Positions 30,530 through 42,676 of a DNA stretch of 64,000 nt are shown here, piece by piece. The position numbers were made by a program, and so were the translations under genes. The number at the start of each line of letters is the position of its first letter. Position 1 is the stretch's first letter. Source of the DNA: an uncultured Chloroflexia bacterium (lineage in GTDB: Bacteria; Chloroflexota; Limnocylindria; Limnocylindrales; CSP1-4); contig CAVURB010000002.1 in assembly GCA_963743815.1 (NCBI GenBank), positions 76,014-140,013 on the forward strand. The letters are read 5' to 3'. The notes under the pieces were generated by a model. It searched no databases. It was given only the letters and a program-made list of their open reading frames with translations, and was not told where the DNA came from.

Positions 30530-31821
30530 GGTCGGGGGCTCCTGTCGCTGGGGATGGGGGCGGTGGCGGCAAGCGCGTGGGCCGCTCGCCAGGCGTCGTG
30601 CCAGCTGTCGTACAACGGCGCGGGTGCCAAGCGGATGATGTCAGGTTCGCGGACATCGCCGATGACACCGTGCTCCGCGAGCGCGGCGAGGCGGGTTGCG
30701 GGGTCGCCGACACGGATCGACAGCTGTGCCCCCCGGCGCTCGGGATCGCGCGGGGTGATGATCTCCACGTCCGGCACCAGGGCATCGATCAGCCCCTCGA
30801 GATACGCCGTCAGCGCCACCGACTTGCGGCGGATCGCCGCCATCCCGACCGAATCGAAGATGGCGAGCGACACGCGGATGGGCGCGAGCGACAGGATCGG
30901 CGGCGTCGAGATCCGCCACCCGTCGGCGCCCGGACCGGGCTCGAATCGATCGGCCATCAGGAACCGGGTCGACGGGTCGTTGCCCCACCAGCCGGACAGT
31001 CGCGGCGTCCGCGGGTCCGCGGCATGGCGTTCGTGGACGAAGAGCTGGGCGAGCGCGCCCGGGCCGCCGTTGAGGTACTTGTAGGTGCACCACGCGGCGA
31101 AGTCGACGTCCGCATCGTGGAGTGCGAGCGGGATGTTGCCCGCCGCGTGGGCGAGGTCCCACCCGGCGATCGCTCCCGCGCGATGAGCGGCCTCCGTCAG
31201 CCGGCCGATGTCGAGTGACTGACCGGTCGCGAAGTTCACGCCGGCGAGGAGCGTCATCGCAAGGCGTTCGCGGTGCTCGTGGACGGCCGCCTCGATGTCT
31301 TCGGTCCGGGTCGTCGACTCGCCGGTCCGCGGCCCCACCACGATGAGCTCGGTCGCCGGATCCAGGCCGTGGTGCCGGAGCTGCGAATCGACGGCGTACC
31401 GGTCCGAGGGAAACGTCGGGGCGTCGATGAGGATCGCCGATCGCCGGCCCTCGGGTCGATAGAACGAGGCCATCAGCAGGTGCAGGTTCACGGTCAGGGT
31501 GTTCGCCGTCGTCACCTCCGCGGGGTGCGCGCCGACGATCCGCCCGGTCATCTCGGCGAGCGACCGCTCGGCGTCCAGCCACGGCCGGTCCCCCGCGAAC
31601 CAGCCGTCCACCGCCAGGTCGCCCCAGCGCTCGAGTTCGGCGGCGACCGCCGCCGCGGCATCCCGCGGCTGGGCCCCGAGCGAGTTCCCCGCGAGGTACG
31701 CCTTGGGCCTTCCCGTCGCGTCGCCGGGGATGATGAATCGCTCGCGGATCGGTGCCAGCGGGTCCGCGGCATCCAGACGGTGCGCCGTCGCCTCGTCCGT
31801 CGCGATGGCCGGCGGGGTCAT
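30526..31821 (-). CDS. kynU: Kynureninase
   Basis: YLAGNSLGAQP, LTVNLHLLMASFY, FPSDRY, WDLAHAAGN, WCTYKYLNGGPG, GWWG. Confidence 0.94.
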   Translation of the reverse strand: MTPPAIATDEATAHRLDAADPLAPIRERFIIPGDATGRPKAYLAGNSLGAQPRDAAAAVAAELERWGDLAVDGWFAGDRPWLDAERSLAEMTGRIVGAHPAEVTTANTLTVNLHLLMASFYRPEGRRSAILIDAPTFPSDRYAVDSQLRHHGLDPATELIVVGPRTGESTTRTEDIEAAVHEHRERLAMTLLAGVNFATGQSLDIGRLTEAAHRAGAIAGWDLAHAAGNIPLALHDADVDFAAWCTYKYLNGGPGALAQLFVHERHAADPRTPRLSGWWGNDPSTRFLMADRFEPGPGADGWRISTPPILSLAPIRVSLAIFDSVGMAAIRRKSVALTAYLEGLIDALVPDVEIITPRDPERRGAQLSIRVGDPATRLAALAEHGVIGDVREPDIIRLAPAPLYDSWHDAWRAAHALAATAPIPSDRSPRP

Positions 31822-33201
31822 CGCGTCGATGTCAGCTCCGGGGCGCCGCCGACGCCCACCAGGCGCACGTCGTAGCCGGCCGCATCCAGGACGCTCGCCG
31901 CGATCGAGGCGCGCGAGCCCGACTTGCACAGGACGCTGATGGGCCCATCGCTCGGCACCTCGGCAAGGCGCGCAGCGAGCTCGCCCAGCGGGATCTCGAT
32001 CGCGCCGGGGACGCGGCCGTCGGCACGCTGCTCGTTCGCGTCCCGGACATCGAGGAGGTTGCCCGCTCCGCTCGTCGCCAGCTCGTCGCGCAGCGACCGG
32101 CCGGTCGTGACCGGGAAGGAGGCCAGCGATCCCCCCGCGTCCACCCACGACGTGATCCCGCCCTCCAGCCAGCCGGCGATCCGGTCATATCCGATCCGGA
32201 TCAGCTGGGCGGTCGCCTCGGCGAGGGCGTCCGTCGTCGGGTCGGGCAGGATGAGGACGAGCGGCGCCGCGAACGGCACCAACCACCCGACGTAGGACGC
32301 GAACGAATCGGTCAGTTCCACGTTCAGGGAGCCCGGGCAAGTGACCGGCCGCGAACGTCCGGCGCGACCGCCCGTCCACGACGTGCACCCCGGCCGCGAT
32401 GGCGTCGCGGACCCCGGCCGGATCCAGGGCCGGCACGACGGGCAAGGTGCCGAGGATGGGCGGCCCGGCTCGGTTGATCGGCGCCATATGGGCGTAGTAG
32501 GCGGGATAGGGCGCGAGTCCGGCCAGCATCGTCGAGCGGAAGATGGCCTCCTCGGCAGCCTGGAAGAGGGGATTGCGCATCCGCTCCGTCCCGATCGTGG
32601 AGGTGCGCGCCGCGTCCATCGGGCCTGCAGCGCAGAAGCTGCCGGATCCGTGGGTGGGCAGGACCCCCACCTCGTCGGGCAGAGCGGCCAGTGCGCGCAG
32701 CGACCGGTACTGGGCGGCGGTGAGCTCCTCGGTCATGGCCGGACCGAGCAGATCCGTGCGTCCGGCACTGCCCACCATCAGGCTGCCACCGGTGAGGATG
32801 GCGGTCGGGACGGATGCTCCGTCTGGCATGACGTCCCAGGCAAGGTGCTCCGGCGTATGCCCGGGCGTCGCACGAGCGACAAGCCGCAACCCTCCCACGC
32901 GGATCTCGTCGCCCTCGTCGGCAGCGCGGTGGTGGAAGTCGTATCGACCACGGGCAGGGGCGACGATCTCCACACCATCCGTGGCACGCAGCTCCAGCGC
33001 GCCCGACAGGTAGTCGTTGTGGACGTGCGTCTCGAGGACGTGGGTGAGCCGCCAGCCGCGCGCCGCCGCAGCCGCGCTGACCCGCCAGGCGTCGCGTGGG
33101 GGATCCACGACCGCGGCCTCACCGTCGGACGCGACGAGGTAGGTCGCGTTGCCGAGGCCCGGCGTCAGGACGATCTCAAGGTCCATGGTCTCGCTGCTCA
33201 T
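31818..33201 (-). CDS. MBL-fold persulfide dioxygenase-rhodanese fusion (CstB-like); frameshift near 32335
   Basis: ETHVHNDYLSG, TPGHTPEH, GRTDL, PTHGSGSFC, a pseudo-rhodanese domain, then LDVR and CKSGSRAS. Confidence 0.85.
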
Positions 33202-34277
33202 GGTAGTCCGGCGGCGAGCGTCGCGGCCAAGGCGAACCCGAGGCCGACGATGACCACCCACATCATCGTGCCCATCACCAGCGGCCGGGGGCCGACCCCC
33301 GCCATGGCCCGCAGGTCGGTCCCCAGGCCGACACCGGCCAGCGCGACCAGGATCAGGATCCCGGCGACCACGGACAGGAGATCGGCGACCGACCCCTCGC
33401 CGATCGACGCATCCAGGGCCCCGACCGACCGGAGGCCCGCGAAGACGACGAACCCGACCACGAACCACGGCACCGCGCGAGACAGCAACCGGATCGGATG
33501 GACCGCCACGGGGATCTCGGCCGAGCCGGACGCGGCCGCCACCCGGGCGTCGGCACGTGCCATGAGCCACGTCGCCCCGACGAGGACCGGCAGGATCGCG
33601 ATGTTCCGCGTCAGCTTCACGATCGTCGCCACGTCACCGGCCGGCGCCGAATACGCGTACCCCGTTGCGACGACCTGCGCCGTGTCGTTGACGGATAGTC
33701 CGGCCCACGTTCCGAAGACCGCATCGGTCAGGCCGAACGATCTCCCGATCACGGGGAGGAGCACGACACCCAGCAGGCCGAAGACGGTGATCGTGGAGAC
33801 GGCATAGGCCGTGTCCCGGTGCGGTGCGCGGACGATCGGCGCCAGCGCGAGGATGGCGGAGTTGCCACAGATCGCCATCCCGACCGCGATGAGCCACGCG
33901 AGCGGTGGCATCACGCCGACCCGTCGTGCGAGCCAGATCCCCAGGCCCAGCGCGACCGACACCACGACGATGATCGCGATGAGGCTCGAGCCCCCGGTCT
34001 CGACCACCTGACCCAGCGTGAGCCGGGCGCCCAGGAGTGCCACGCCGACGCGGAGCGCGACACGAGCCGCGACTGCGGCCCCCGCCGCGAGCGGCGCGCG
34101 GAGCGGCGCGACGAGCCCGACCAGCAGCCCGAGCCCGAGCGCCAGGGCGGTCTCGATCCCGACCCCGACCCAGGTCCCGAGGAGTCGAGCCGCGAATGCG
34201 ACCCCGATGCATGCCGCCAGGCCCGGCAGAACGGCACGAAGAGCCGGCGCCGCACCGCCCTCGTCGGTGGACGTCAG
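33198..34277 (-). CDS. YeiH / putative sulfate exporter (PSE) family membrane protein
   Basis: [57 protein letters not shown]. The open frame extends to a CTG overlapping the glpX stop. Confidence 0.85.
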   Translation of the reverse strand: MTSTDEGGAAPALRAVLPGLAACIGVAFAARLLGTWVGVGIETALALGLGLLVGLVAPLRAPLAAGAAVAARVALRVGVALLGARLTLGQVVETGGSSLIAIIVVVSVALGLGIWLARRVGVMPPLAWLIAVGMAICGNSAILALAPIVRAPHRDTAYAVSTITVFGLLGVVLLPVIGRSFGLTDAVFGTWAGLSVNDTAQVVATGYAYSAPAGDVATIVKLTRNIAILPVLVGATWLMARADARVAAASGSAEIPVAVHPIRLLSRAVPWFVVGFVVFAGLRSVGALDASIGEGSVADLLSVVAGILILVALAGVGLGTDLRAMAGVGPRPLVMGTMMWVVIVGLGFALAATLAAGLP

Positions 34278-35260
34278 AGTCGCACGCTCGGAGGCTTGTC
34301 CCGATCGAACATGTGGACGGTGTCGACGAAGCGAACCTGCTTGGTCTGGTAGGCCATGACGAGCGAGTGCGTCCGGGCCCCGCCGCCGAAGAACCGGACG
34401 CCCTGGAGGAGGTCGCCGGCCGTCACGCCGGTCGCGGCGAAGACCAGGTTCTCGCCGGGGGCGAGGTCCGCGGTCTGATAGACCCGCTCTTCGTCGCCGT
34501 GGCCCATCCGCGCCCCGCGCTCGCGCTCCTCGTCACTCCGGTATCGGAAGCGCGCCTGGATCTCGCCACCCAGGCAGCGCAGGGCCGCCGCCGTGATGAC
34601 GCCCTCCGGGGCCCCACCGATCCCCATCACGGCGTGGACGCCTGTGCCCGAGACCGCGCACGAGATGGCCGCCGAGAGGTCGCCGTCACCGATGAGCTTG
34701 ATCCGGGCGCCGGTCGTGCGGACCTCCGCGATGAGCGCATCGTGGCGCGGCCGCTCCAGGATCACGACCGTGATGTCGCTGACCTTGCGCCCTAGCGCTG
34801 CGGCGATGGCCCGCAGGTTCTCGGTCGGGGTAGAGCGGATGTCCACCTTGCCCGCCGCGATCGGGCCGACGCAGAGCTTCTCCATGTACGTGTCCGGGGC
34901 ATGCGTCAACCCGCCCGATTCGGACGCCGCGAGGACCGTGATCGCTCCAGCCTGGCCATGGGCGACGAGGTTCGTCCCTTCGAGGGGGTCCACCGCGATA
35001 TCGATCGCGGGCACGTCGGCCCGGGTGGCTGCGCCGGGCCGCCCGACCCGCTCCCCGATGTACAGCATCGGCGCTTCGTCGCGCTCGCCCTCGCCGATGA
35101 CGATGCGTCCGTCGAAATCGATCTCGTCCATCGTCCGGCGCATCGCCTCGGTCGCGGCGGCATCGGCCTCGTCCTTGGCGCCCCGACCCATGAACCGTGC
35201 GGATTCGATCGCCGCCGCCTCCGTGACGCGGATCATCTCGAGCGCGAGCAGCTCTTCCAT
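34274..35260 (-). CDS. glpX: Class II fructose-1,6-bisphosphatase
   Basis: [48 protein letters not shown]. Confidence 0.96.
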   Translation of the reverse strand: MEELLALEMIRVTEAAAIESARFMGRGAKDEADAAATEAMRRTMDEIDFDGRIVIGEGERDEAPMLYIGERVGRPGAATRADVPAIDIAVDPLEGTNLVAHGQAGAITVLAASESGGLTHAPDTYMEKLCVGPIAAGKVDIRSTPTENLRAIAAALGRKVSDITVVILERPRHDALIAEVRTTGARIKLIGDGDLSAAISCAVSGTGVHAVMGIGGAPEGVITAAALRCLGGEIQARFRYRSDEERERGARMGHGDEERVYQTADLAPGENLVFAATGVTAGDLLQGVRFFGGGARTHSLVMAYQTKQVRFVDTVHMFDRDKPPSVRL

Positions 35261-36808
35261 CTAGTGCCGGAAGTGCCTTCGACCGGTGAAGACCATGGCC
35301 AGGTGGTGCCGGTCGGCGACTTCGATCGCCATCTCGTCACGGATCGACCCACCGGGCTGGATGATGGCCGTGACCCCAGCCGAGGCAGCCGCGGCGATCC
35401 CATCCGGGAACGGGAAGTACGCATCCGAGGCCATCACCGCGGTCTTGGCGCGATCCCCGGCCCGGCGCAGGGCGATCTCCACGGACACCTGGCGCGACGC
35501 CTGGCCCGCGCCGATCCCGATCGTCGCCCCGTTGCGGGCCAGGACGATCGCATTGGAACGGACGTGGCGCACCGCGCGCCAAGCGAACAGGAGATCGGTC
35601 AGTTCCTCCAGCGTCGGCCGCCGGTGGGTCACGACCTGGAGATGCCCGCGATCCAGGCCGAGCTCGTCGAGACTCTCCACCAGCAGGCCACCGGCGACGC
35701 GCTTGAAATCGAGATTCGCGATCCCGTAGTCGCGCATGCCGTCGGTCGGGTTCGGTGGGACAGCGAGCAACTCAAGACCGGTCTTCCCGCGCAGGATGCC
35801 GATCGCCGCCTGGCTGAACCCGGGCGCCACCACCGCCTCGTACGAGTTCGCCGCGATCTCGCGCGCCGTGGCGCCGTCCAGCTCCCGGTTCACCCCGACG
35901 ATCCCGCCGAACGAGGCGACCGGGTCCGTCTCGAGTGCGTGCCGATACGCCTCGACGAGTTCGTCGTGGGACGCCAGCCCGACGGGATCGGTGTGCTTGA
36001 CGATCGCGACCGTCGGGGCCGTGTAGTCCTGGGCGATCCGGTACGCGGCGTCCAGGTCGAGCAGGTTGTTGAACGAGGGCCGGCTGCCCTGGAGCTGCGC
36101 CGCGTCGGCGAGGGTCCCGCTGCGGTGCGTGGTCTCGCGATAGAACGCCGCGCGCTGGTGCGGGTTCTCGCCGTAGCGAAGTTCGTCCACCTTCTCGAGG
36201 ACGATGGCGAGCCGGCTCGGGAAGGTATTCCCCGCGATCTGGTTGAGGTAGGCCGCGATCTCGGCGTGATAGGCCGCGACGGTACTGAAGGAATCCGCGG
36301 CGAGCCTCGCCCGCGTCTCGGCACTGACCCCGCCACGCGTCCGGATCTCCTCGACGACGGTCGCGTAATGCCCCGGATGGCCGACCGCCGCGACGCCCGC
36401 TGCGTTGCGCGCCGCGGCACCCAGGAGCGCGGCTCCGCCGACGTCGATCATCTCGATCGCCTCGTCGAGGCCCACGAGGCGCTCACCGACCGCGGGCGCG
36501 AACGGCTTCACGTTCACGATCACGAGGTCGATCGGCACGATGCCCTGGTCGGCCAGTTCCGCCATCTGCTCCGGGACGTCGCGACGGGCCAGGATCCCGG
36601 CATAGACCGCGTGGTGGAAGGTCTTGACCTGGCCGCCCACCGTCGGCTGGCCATCCGTCAGGTCGGCGACGCTGCCGACCTCGATCCCCTCGCCCGCGAG
36701 GAACTCGCGCGTCCCGTCGGTCGCGACGATCTCGACGTCGAGGCCCTGGAGGTCCCGCGCGAACTCGGCGATGCCCTCCCGGTTCGCGACTGACAGCAGG
36801 GCTCGCAC
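35261..36808 (-). CDS. purH: Bifunctional AICAR transformylase/IMP cyclohydrolase
   Basis: [53 protein letters not shown]. Confidence 0.96.
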   Translation of the reverse strand: MRALLSVANREGIAEFARDLQGLDVEIVATDGTREFLAGEGIEVGSVADLTDGQPTVGGQVKTFHHAVYAGILARRDVPEQMAELADQGIVPIDLVIVNVKPFAPAVGERLVGLDEAIEMIDVGGAALLGAAARNAAGVAAVGHPGHYATVVEEIRTRGGVSAETRARLAADSFSTVAAYHAEIAAYLNQIAGNTFPSRLAIVLEKVDELRYGENPHQRAAFYRETTHRSGTLADAAQLQGSRPSFNNLLDLDAAYRIAQDYTAPTVAIVKHTDPVGLASHDELVEAYRHALETDPVASFGGIVGVNRELDGATAREIAANSYEAVVAPGFSQAAIGILRGKTGLELLAVPPNPTDGMRDYGIANLDFKRVAGGLLVESLDELGLDRGHLQVVTHRRPTLEELTDLLFAWRAVRHVRSNAIVLARNGATIGIGAGQASRQVSVEIALRRAGDRAKTAVMASDAYFPFPDGIAAAASAGVTAIIQPGGSIRDEMAIEVADRHHLAMVFTGRRHFRH

Positions 36809-36974
36809 CCGGGTCGTTCCTCCCATCCCCGCGCGGTCTGGCGGCGCCCACCCGGATGGCGATCGATCGCCCCACGTGGTGCGCGGCGGCGCCGGCCGCT
36901 CCGGCCGAGTATAGCGTCCGGCATGGCATACTCCGGGGGCTCCGACCCACCGACCATCGCAGCGTGAGGCACGC

Positions 36975-37421
36975 GTGACGCTCGCTCCCTGGGACTACCT
37001 CTTCGAGTCGTTCAGCAGCCACAACTTCCCGGACATCTTCCACCCGACGTGGATCGCGTCGCTGGTCCTGCTGGTCGTCCTCGCGATCCTCTACAACGTC
37101 CGGACGCGAGCGCTCCACAAGCACCAGCCCTACGTCGACCTCTGGGAATGGATGTGGTGGACCGGGCTCATCACCTTCAGCATGGTGATCATCGAAGCGA
37201 TCTTCATCTTCGACTACATCCTGGTCCTGCTGACCCAGATCATCGGCCTGGGAACGCTCGTGTGGATCCGCTTCGTGCGATTCCCGCCGATCCTGCGTGC
37301 CCACGAGCAGCGCCTCGCGCGCGAGCGCTACTACAGCAAGCAGAAGTTCGCTGACCCGGAGGCGACGATCCGGCGGCGCGGCGGACGCCGCCAGCAGCGA
37401 CCGCAGAAGCGCCGCCGCTAG
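36975..37421 (+). CDS. Hypothetical membrane protein (about three TM segments, basic C-terminus)
   Basis: Clean ORF with coding-like codon usage, hydrophobic segments and an Arg/Lys-rich tail. Confidence 0.7.
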   Translation: MTLAPWDYLFESFSSHNFPDIFHPTWIASLVLLVVLAILYNVRTRALHKHQPYVDLWEWMWWTGLITFSMVIIEAIFIFDYILVLLTQIIGLGTLVWIRFVRFPPILRAHEQRLARERYYSKQKFADPEATIRRRGGRRQQRPQKRRR

Positions 37422-37426
37422 CCGTC

Positions 37427-37904
37427 ATGCCCATCGAGATCCGACGGTTCGGCGTCGGACATCGGCGGCCCGATGGACCGCCGGGGACGACCGGCGTCAC
37501 GGGTCAGATCATCCACTCGGACGCCCGTGGGGTCATCACCGAGCTCGCGTTCGCGCGCGCGGCGCGCGTGGAGCCGCACACGAACCCCAACACCTCGTGG
37601 CTGGTCGTCATCGAGGGCGGCGGCTGGGTCGGTGTCGGCGATGAGCGGACGCGGATCGCTGCGGGTGAGGCGGCGCTCATGCCGGCCGATGTCCCCTACG
37701 CCGCGTGGACCGAGCATTCGCAGATGCGGGCCTTCGTCATCGAGTTCGCCGGCGCCGACGATCGAGCGGCACAGAAGATCCTCGATGGCGTGGCTCGGCA
37801 CCCTGGAACCAGGGTCCACCAGCGATGTCGCGCGCGCGGATGGCGCCCTCGTGTCCGACGGACAGGGCCTGCGGCATGACCCGACCGCCGGGGAGCCGGC
37901 CTGA
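37427..37904 (+). CDS. Cupin-domain protein; probable frameshift near 37795
   Basis: VEPHTNPN-x-WLVVIEGGGWVGVG...GEAALMPADVPYAAW. Confidence 0.7.
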
Positions 37905-37908
37905 GCCG

Positions 37909-39207
37909 TCAGCCGCCGTTCCCGCCGCGGGCTCGAGCGACTGCGACTCGTAGCCGCCGAACCCAGCCCGTACGGAGCCCTCGTCGAAGGCGTCGCCGTT
38001 CCCGATTGACCCGCCCGACCAGGCCAGGTGCGGCCGCTCGTGACTCGACCGTCACCGCGGGCGGGAACGCGGTCGCGGCCATCCGCGCATCGAATTCCGG
38101 GTCGGGCGGCGCCGTGCGATGGATGTGGTCCAGTCCGTGTCGATCCAGGAATGCGACGTAGGTCGCGAATCGCGCTGCGTGACCGCGGTTGAACGGCCCG
38201 TAGTCGGCCGACTCGAAGAGTTCGGCGGCGTCCGTGTCCGGCCGGACGTCTCGCATCAGGCGGTACGGGATCTCGTGATAGCGCACGAGTTCCAGCGTCC
38301 GGGAATCGTGCGCCAGCACGAACGCCGGGGTCCCCGCGATCAGCGCGGCGATGTTGCCGTGGATCCGCGTGCCGAACGAGAAGTCACGCGTCGCCAGGTG
38401 CTCGAACCACGGCCATGGATCGATGAAGAAGCGGACCTTCCCGTCCCGGAACAGCGGATGTGCGAGGTGGATCGGCAGCGGCTCGGTCGGATCGACCGGC
38501 GCCCCCGTGTCGCCCCAGAGCAGCCGTTCGAGCGTGGCCAGGTCCTGGGCGACGTACGTGAGGTCGGGATAGCGCTCCACGTGGTGCATCACGACCGGAC
38601 CCATCGCCTTGACGTAGGGGGAGACGTTGATCGCGAGGCGTGCGTCCGACGCCAGCGTTGATGCCCGCTTCTCGACGTGGAGTCCCTCGCCGCGCAGGAA
38701 CATCGACGGACAGCCGATGACGTCGACGTCGCGGAACCCGAGCCCGTTGAGGTAGTCACCCGTGAACTCGCCACGGACGCCGATCGTCGGTGCGCGGTCG
38801 AGGACCGCCGCCGCGAAGTCGCGCACCGAGCCCTCGATCTGGCTCAGGCGGGCCGGGTCGTTCTGGACGTTGGCCTGCGCCCCCACCCCGAGCACGACGA
38901 CGGGGATCCGCAGCCGACGGATCAGGCGGGTCATCCGGATGAGATTCGCCTCGAAACTGATCCGGAAGGCATTCGCCAATGGGACCACGTAGGCGTCATA
39001 GCGTTCGTTGATCGCGTCGGCCGAGCCCGGATCGGCGATGAACCCATCGACCACGACCCGCGTCTCAGCCGTCGCGAGGACCTTGTACGCCGCGGTCGAG
39101 AAGATGAGGTTGCCCGCGTTCTCGGCGATGAGGTTCTTGTCGAGCGTCTCCTCGGGCGACACGACCGCGAACGGGTCCTTGCGCGCACGAAGCAGGATCT
39201 CCTTCAT
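37909..39207 (-). CDS. Polysaccharide pyruvyl transferase family protein
   Basis: ENAGNLIF, PLANAFR, VVLGVGAQ, IGVRGEFT, IGCPS, GTRIHGNI, HDSRTLEL. Confidence 0.85.
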   Translation of the reverse strand: MKEILLRARKDPFAVVSPEETLDKNLIAENAGNLIFSTAAYKVLATAETRVVVDGFIADPGSADAINERYDAYVVPLANAFRISFEANLIRMTRLIRRLRIPVVVLGVGAQANVQNDPARLSQIEGSVRDFAAAVLDRAPTIGVRGEFTGDYLNGLGFRDVDVIGCPSMFLRGEGLHVEKRASTLASDARLAINVSPYVKAMGPVVMHHVERYPDLTYVAQDLATLERLLWGDTGAPVDPTEPLPIHLAHPLFRDGKVRFFIDPWPWFEHLATRDFSFGTRIHGNIAALIAGTPAFVLAHDSRTLELVRYHEIPYRLMRDVRPDTDAAELFESADYGPFNRGHAARFATYVAFLDRHGLDHIHRTAPPDPEFDARMAATAFPPAVTVESRAAAPGLVGRVNRERRRLRRGLRTGWVRRLRVAVARARGGNGG

Positions 39208-39252
39208 ACGACGCAAGCGTAGTCGGCGGCGGGCCCGCTCGCGCGGGCGGCC

Positions 39253-39894
39253 TCAGCGACGATCGAGCGCCGCACCCAGCTGGCTCAGGATCCGCGCGGT
39301 GGCACCCCAGACGGACAACCCATCGACGTCGTACGCGCCATACCTGAGCGGCCACCCCTCGATCGTCCGCTCGACGATGGAGATCGGCGCATCCGGCAGG
39401 AACCGGGCCAGCAGCGGCTCCATGATCCGCGCCACCTCGCGTGGATCGGGACGCATGACCGGCGCCCGTTCCGCGATCGCCAGGATCGGCGTCACGTGGA
39501 AATCGCTCACCGGGATCGAGAAGGCTTCGAGTCGGCCGGCGACGCGTAGCCCGATCGCTGCGGCATCGAGACCGACTTCCTCGACGGCCTCGCGGATGGC
39601 GGTCGCCTCGGCATCGGCGTCACCGGGTTCGGCCTTGCCGCCGGGGAAGCTCACCTCGCCCGAATGATGACCGTCGTGGGTCGCGCGTTCGATCAGCACG
39701 ACCCGCGCGTCGCCCCGGGCATCGGGATAGACCAGCACGAGCACCGCGGCGGCGCGTGGACGGGACGGCACCCGGGACGCCAGGGCGGCTGTCCGATCCA
39801 GCCCGCCGAGGACGACGGGCATGAGGACCTCGGCGTACGGGGGCAGGGGGTCGGGAAGCCGCGTTGCCCGTTCGACCACCGCCGCGAATCGCAC
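39253..39894 (-). CDS. Nudix hydrolase, CoA pyrophosphatase (NudL-like)
   Basis: AAVLVL, HSGEVSFPGGK, AIREAVEEVGL, VWGATARIL. Confidence 0.9.
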   Translation of the reverse strand: MRFAAVVERATRLPDPLPPYAEVLMPVVLGGLDRTAALASRVPSRPRAAAVLVLVYPDARGDARVVLIERATHDGHHSGEVSFPGGKAEPGDADAEATAIREAVEEVGLDAAAIGLRVAGRLEAFSIPVSDFHVTPILAIAERAPVMRPDPREVARIMEPLLARFLPDAPISIVERTIEGWPLRYGAYDVDGLSVWGATARILSQLGAALDRR

Positions 39895-39924
39895 CTCGTC
39901 AGACTCGGGCGGCGTGGACGCGGG

Positions 39925-42675
39925 CTAGTTGACGAGCTCACCGCCGCCGTCACGCGGACGGCGGGTCGATGGAAGGTCGAGGGGCGACTCGCCGGACGGT
40001 GCGCCGACGCCGGCGCCGACCGCTGCATCGTCACCAGCCGAGCGGGCATCGCGGCGGCCCGCGTCCGCGACGACCGTCGTGCCCTCCGAGGAGAAGACGA
40101 GCGCGCCGCTGACCAGGTCCGCGTCGCCGACGATCCGGTCACCGGGCCGGAACTCACCAGCCACGAGCGCGCGTGCCAGGGGGTTCTCGACGAGTCGCTG
40201 GATGGTCCGCTTCAGCGGCCGCGCACCGAACGCCGGGTCCGTCCCGTCGCGCACGATCAGGGCCTTCGCGGCCGGCGTGAGCTCCAGGACGAGGTCCTGT
40301 TCCGACAGGCGACGGCCGAGGTCCGCTACCAACAGCTCGACGATCGACGACAGGTCGTCGTCCGTGAGCGCGTGGAACACGATGACCTCGTCCACGCGGT
40401 TCAGGAACTCCGGACGGAAGTGCGCCCGGAGTGCCTCGGTCACGTCGCGTTTCATGGCGTCGTAGGCCGTGTCGCCGGCCCGCGCACCGGTCGCCGCGAT
40501 GGCGGCAGACCCGATGTTGCTGGTCATGATCACGACGGTGTTCTTGAAGTCGACGGTCCGGCCCTGCGAGTCGGTCAGCCGCCCATCATCGAGCACCTGG
40601 AGCAGGACGTTGAAGACGTCCGGATGGGCCTTCTCGATCTCGTCGAGGAGCACGACCTGGTACGGGCGCCGGCGGACGGCTTCGGTCAGTTGCCCGCCCT
40701 CCTCGTAGCCGACGTACCCGGGAGGTGCGCCGACCAATCGCGAGACCGCGAACTTCTCCATGTACTCGCTCATGTCGATGCGGACCATCGCGTGCTCGTC
40801 ATCGAACAGGAATGCGGCGAGCGCTCGCGCGAGCTCGGTCTTGCCGACACCGGTCGGCCCCAGGAACAGGAACGAACCGATGGGACGTCGCGGATCCTTG
40901 AGGCCGGCACGCGCGCGCCGGACCGCGTCGGAAACGGCCTCGATGGCCTCCTCCTGTCCGACGACCCGCTCGTGCAGTCGCTCCTCCATGTGGATCAGCT
41001 TGGCTGTCTCGGCCTCCATGAGCCGACTGACCGGGATCCCCGTCCAGGCCCCGACGATCTCGGCGATGTCGTCCGCACCGACCTCTTCCTTGAGCAGGGT
41101 GCCGGGGCCCTGGAGTCCCGCAAGGGCCGCCTCCTGCTCGGCGAGCCGGTCCGTGAGTTCCTTCTGGGTGCCGTACTTGAGCTGCGCAGCGGTGGCGAAA
41201 TCGGCTTCGCGTTCCGCCTGCTCGATCCGCACCTGGAGCTGTTCCAGGTCCGACTTCGTGGCGCGGATCGCCCCGATCGCCGCCTTCTCGGCTTCCCAGC
41301 GCTGCTTGAGGCCGCCGAGCTCCTCCTCGAGGTCCGCCAGCTCCTTCTCGAGCGCGTCGAGGCGCGCCTTCGACGCGTCGTCCGTTTCCTTGCGGAGCGC
41401 CTCGCGCTCGATCTCCAGCTGGATCCGCCGACGCTCGAGCTCGTCGAGCTCGATCGGCATCGAGTCGATCTCCATGCGCAAGCGGCTGGCCGACTCGTCC
41501 ACGAGGTCGATGGCCTTGTCCGGGAGGAAGCGTTCCGTGATGTAGCGATCCGACAGGGTGGCGGCCGCGACGAGGGCCGAGTCCGTGATCCGCACGCCGT
41601 GGTGGACCTCGTAGCGCTCGCGCAGGCCGCGCAGGATCGAGATCGTCTCTTCGACGGTCGGCTGGTCCACCAGGACCGGCTGGAAGCGCCGCTCCAGGGC
41701 GGCGTCCTTCTCGATGTGCTTGCGGTACTCGTCGAGCGTGGTCGCGCCGATCGTGTGGAGTTCGCCGCGCGCCAGCATCGGCTTGAGCAGGTTCGATGCG
41801 TCCATCGCGCCTTCAGCGGCGCCCGCGCCGACGACCGTGTGCAGCTCGTCGATGAACAGGATGACCTGGCCGTCGCTGTCCTTGATCTCCTTGAGGACCG
41901 CCTTGAGGCGCTCTTCGAACTCGCCGCGGAACTTGGCTCCGGCGATGAGCGCGCCCAGGTCCAGCGACCACACCCGCTTGTCCTTGAGCGTCTCCGGAAC
42001 GTCGCCGCGGACGATCCGCTGCGCGAGACCCTCGACGATCGCGGTCTTGCCCACGCCGGGCTCACCGATGAGGACGGGGTTGTTCTTGGTACGGCGGCTC
42101 AGGACCTGGACGACCCTGCGGACCTCGTCGTCGCGCCCGATCACCGGGTCCAGGCGTCCGGCACGGGCCTCCGCGGTCAGGTCGCGGCCGTACTTCTCGA
42201 GCGCGGCATAGGTGCCTTCGGGGTTCTGTGACGTCACGCGCTGACCGCCGCGGACGCTTTGGAGCGCCTGCAGGATCGCTTCCTTGCCGGCGGCGTGGCG
42301 CTCGAGGAGGGCCTGTGCCTCACCGCCCGCCTCGGCGACCCCGAGCAGGAGATGTTCGGTGGAGACGAACTCGTCGCCCAAGCGGCGCGCCTCGGCCTCG
42401 GCGCGCTCGACCGCCGCCTTCGCCCGCGGATCCAGGCTGAGCGAGCCGCCCTGCATCCGGGCCCGGCGCGCGAGGGCAGCGGCGATCTCGCCACGGAACG
42501 CCGGGAGGTCCACGCCAAGGCGGCGGAGGGTTTCGGCCGGGATCCCGTCGTCGGGCTCCACGAGTGCGCTGAGCAGATGCTCTGCATCCAGCACGGGGCT
42601 GTGGAGCCGCTGCGCGGTCTCCTGGGCGGCGATGACCGCCTCCTGGGCCTTCTGGGTGAATCGATCGAGTTGCAT
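39925..42675 (-). CDS. clpB: ATP-dependent chaperone ClpB
   Basis: Two AAA+ modules ([16 protein letters not shown]), a coiled-coil M domain, and [16 protein letters not shown]. Confidence 0.97.
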   Translation of the reverse strand: MQLDRFTQKAQEAVIAAQETAQRLHSPVLDAEHLLSALVEPDDGIPAETLRRLGVDLPAFRGEIAAALARRARMQGGSLSLDPRAKAAVERAEAEARRLGDEFVSTEHLLLGVAEAGGEAQALLERHAAGKEAILQALQSVRGGQRVTSQNPEGTYAALEKYGRDLTAEARAGRLDPVIGRDDEVRRVVQVLSRRTKNNPVLIGEPGVGKTAIVEGLAQRIVRGDVPETLKDKRVWSLDLGALIAGAKFRGEFEERLKAVLKEIKDSDGQVILFIDELHTVVGAGAAEGAMDASNLLKPMLARGELHTIGATTLDEYRKHIEKDAALERRFQPVLVDQPTVEETISILRGLRERYEVHHGVRITDSALVAAATLSDRYITERFLPDKAIDLVDESASRLRMEIDSMPIELDELERRRIQLEIEREALRKETDDASKARLDALEKELADLEEELGGLKQRWEAEKAAIGAIRATKSDLEQLQVRIEQAEREADFATAAQLKYGTQKELTDRLAEQEAALAGLQGPGTLLKEEVGADDIAEIVGAWTGIPVSRLMEAETAKLIHMEERLHERVVGQEEAIEAVSDAVRRARAGLKDPRRPIGSFLFLGPTGVGKTELARALAAFLFDDEHAMVRIDMSEYMEKFAVSRLVGAPPGYVGYEEGGQLTEAVRRRPYQVVLLDEIEKAHPDVFNVLLQVLDDGRLTDSQGRTVDFKNTVVIMTSNIGSAAIAATGARAGDTAYDAMKRDVTEALRAHFRPEFLNRVDEVIVFHALTDDDLSSIVELLVADLGRRLSEQDLVLELTPAAKALIVRDGTDPAFGARPLKRTIQRLVENPLARALVAGEFRPGDRIVGDADLVSGALVFSSEGTTVVADAGRRDARSAGDDAAVGAGVGAPSGESPLDLPSTRRPRDGGGELVN

Positions 42676-42676
42676 G

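Noticed and set aside
36809-36913. Possible ZMP/ZTP or PRPP riboswitch in the purH leader, after TATACT at 36913-36908
   Set aside because: I could not find the GACUGGCG...GGGAGC or CGCCUGGGC elements of the ZTP motif, nor ykkC-type motifs.
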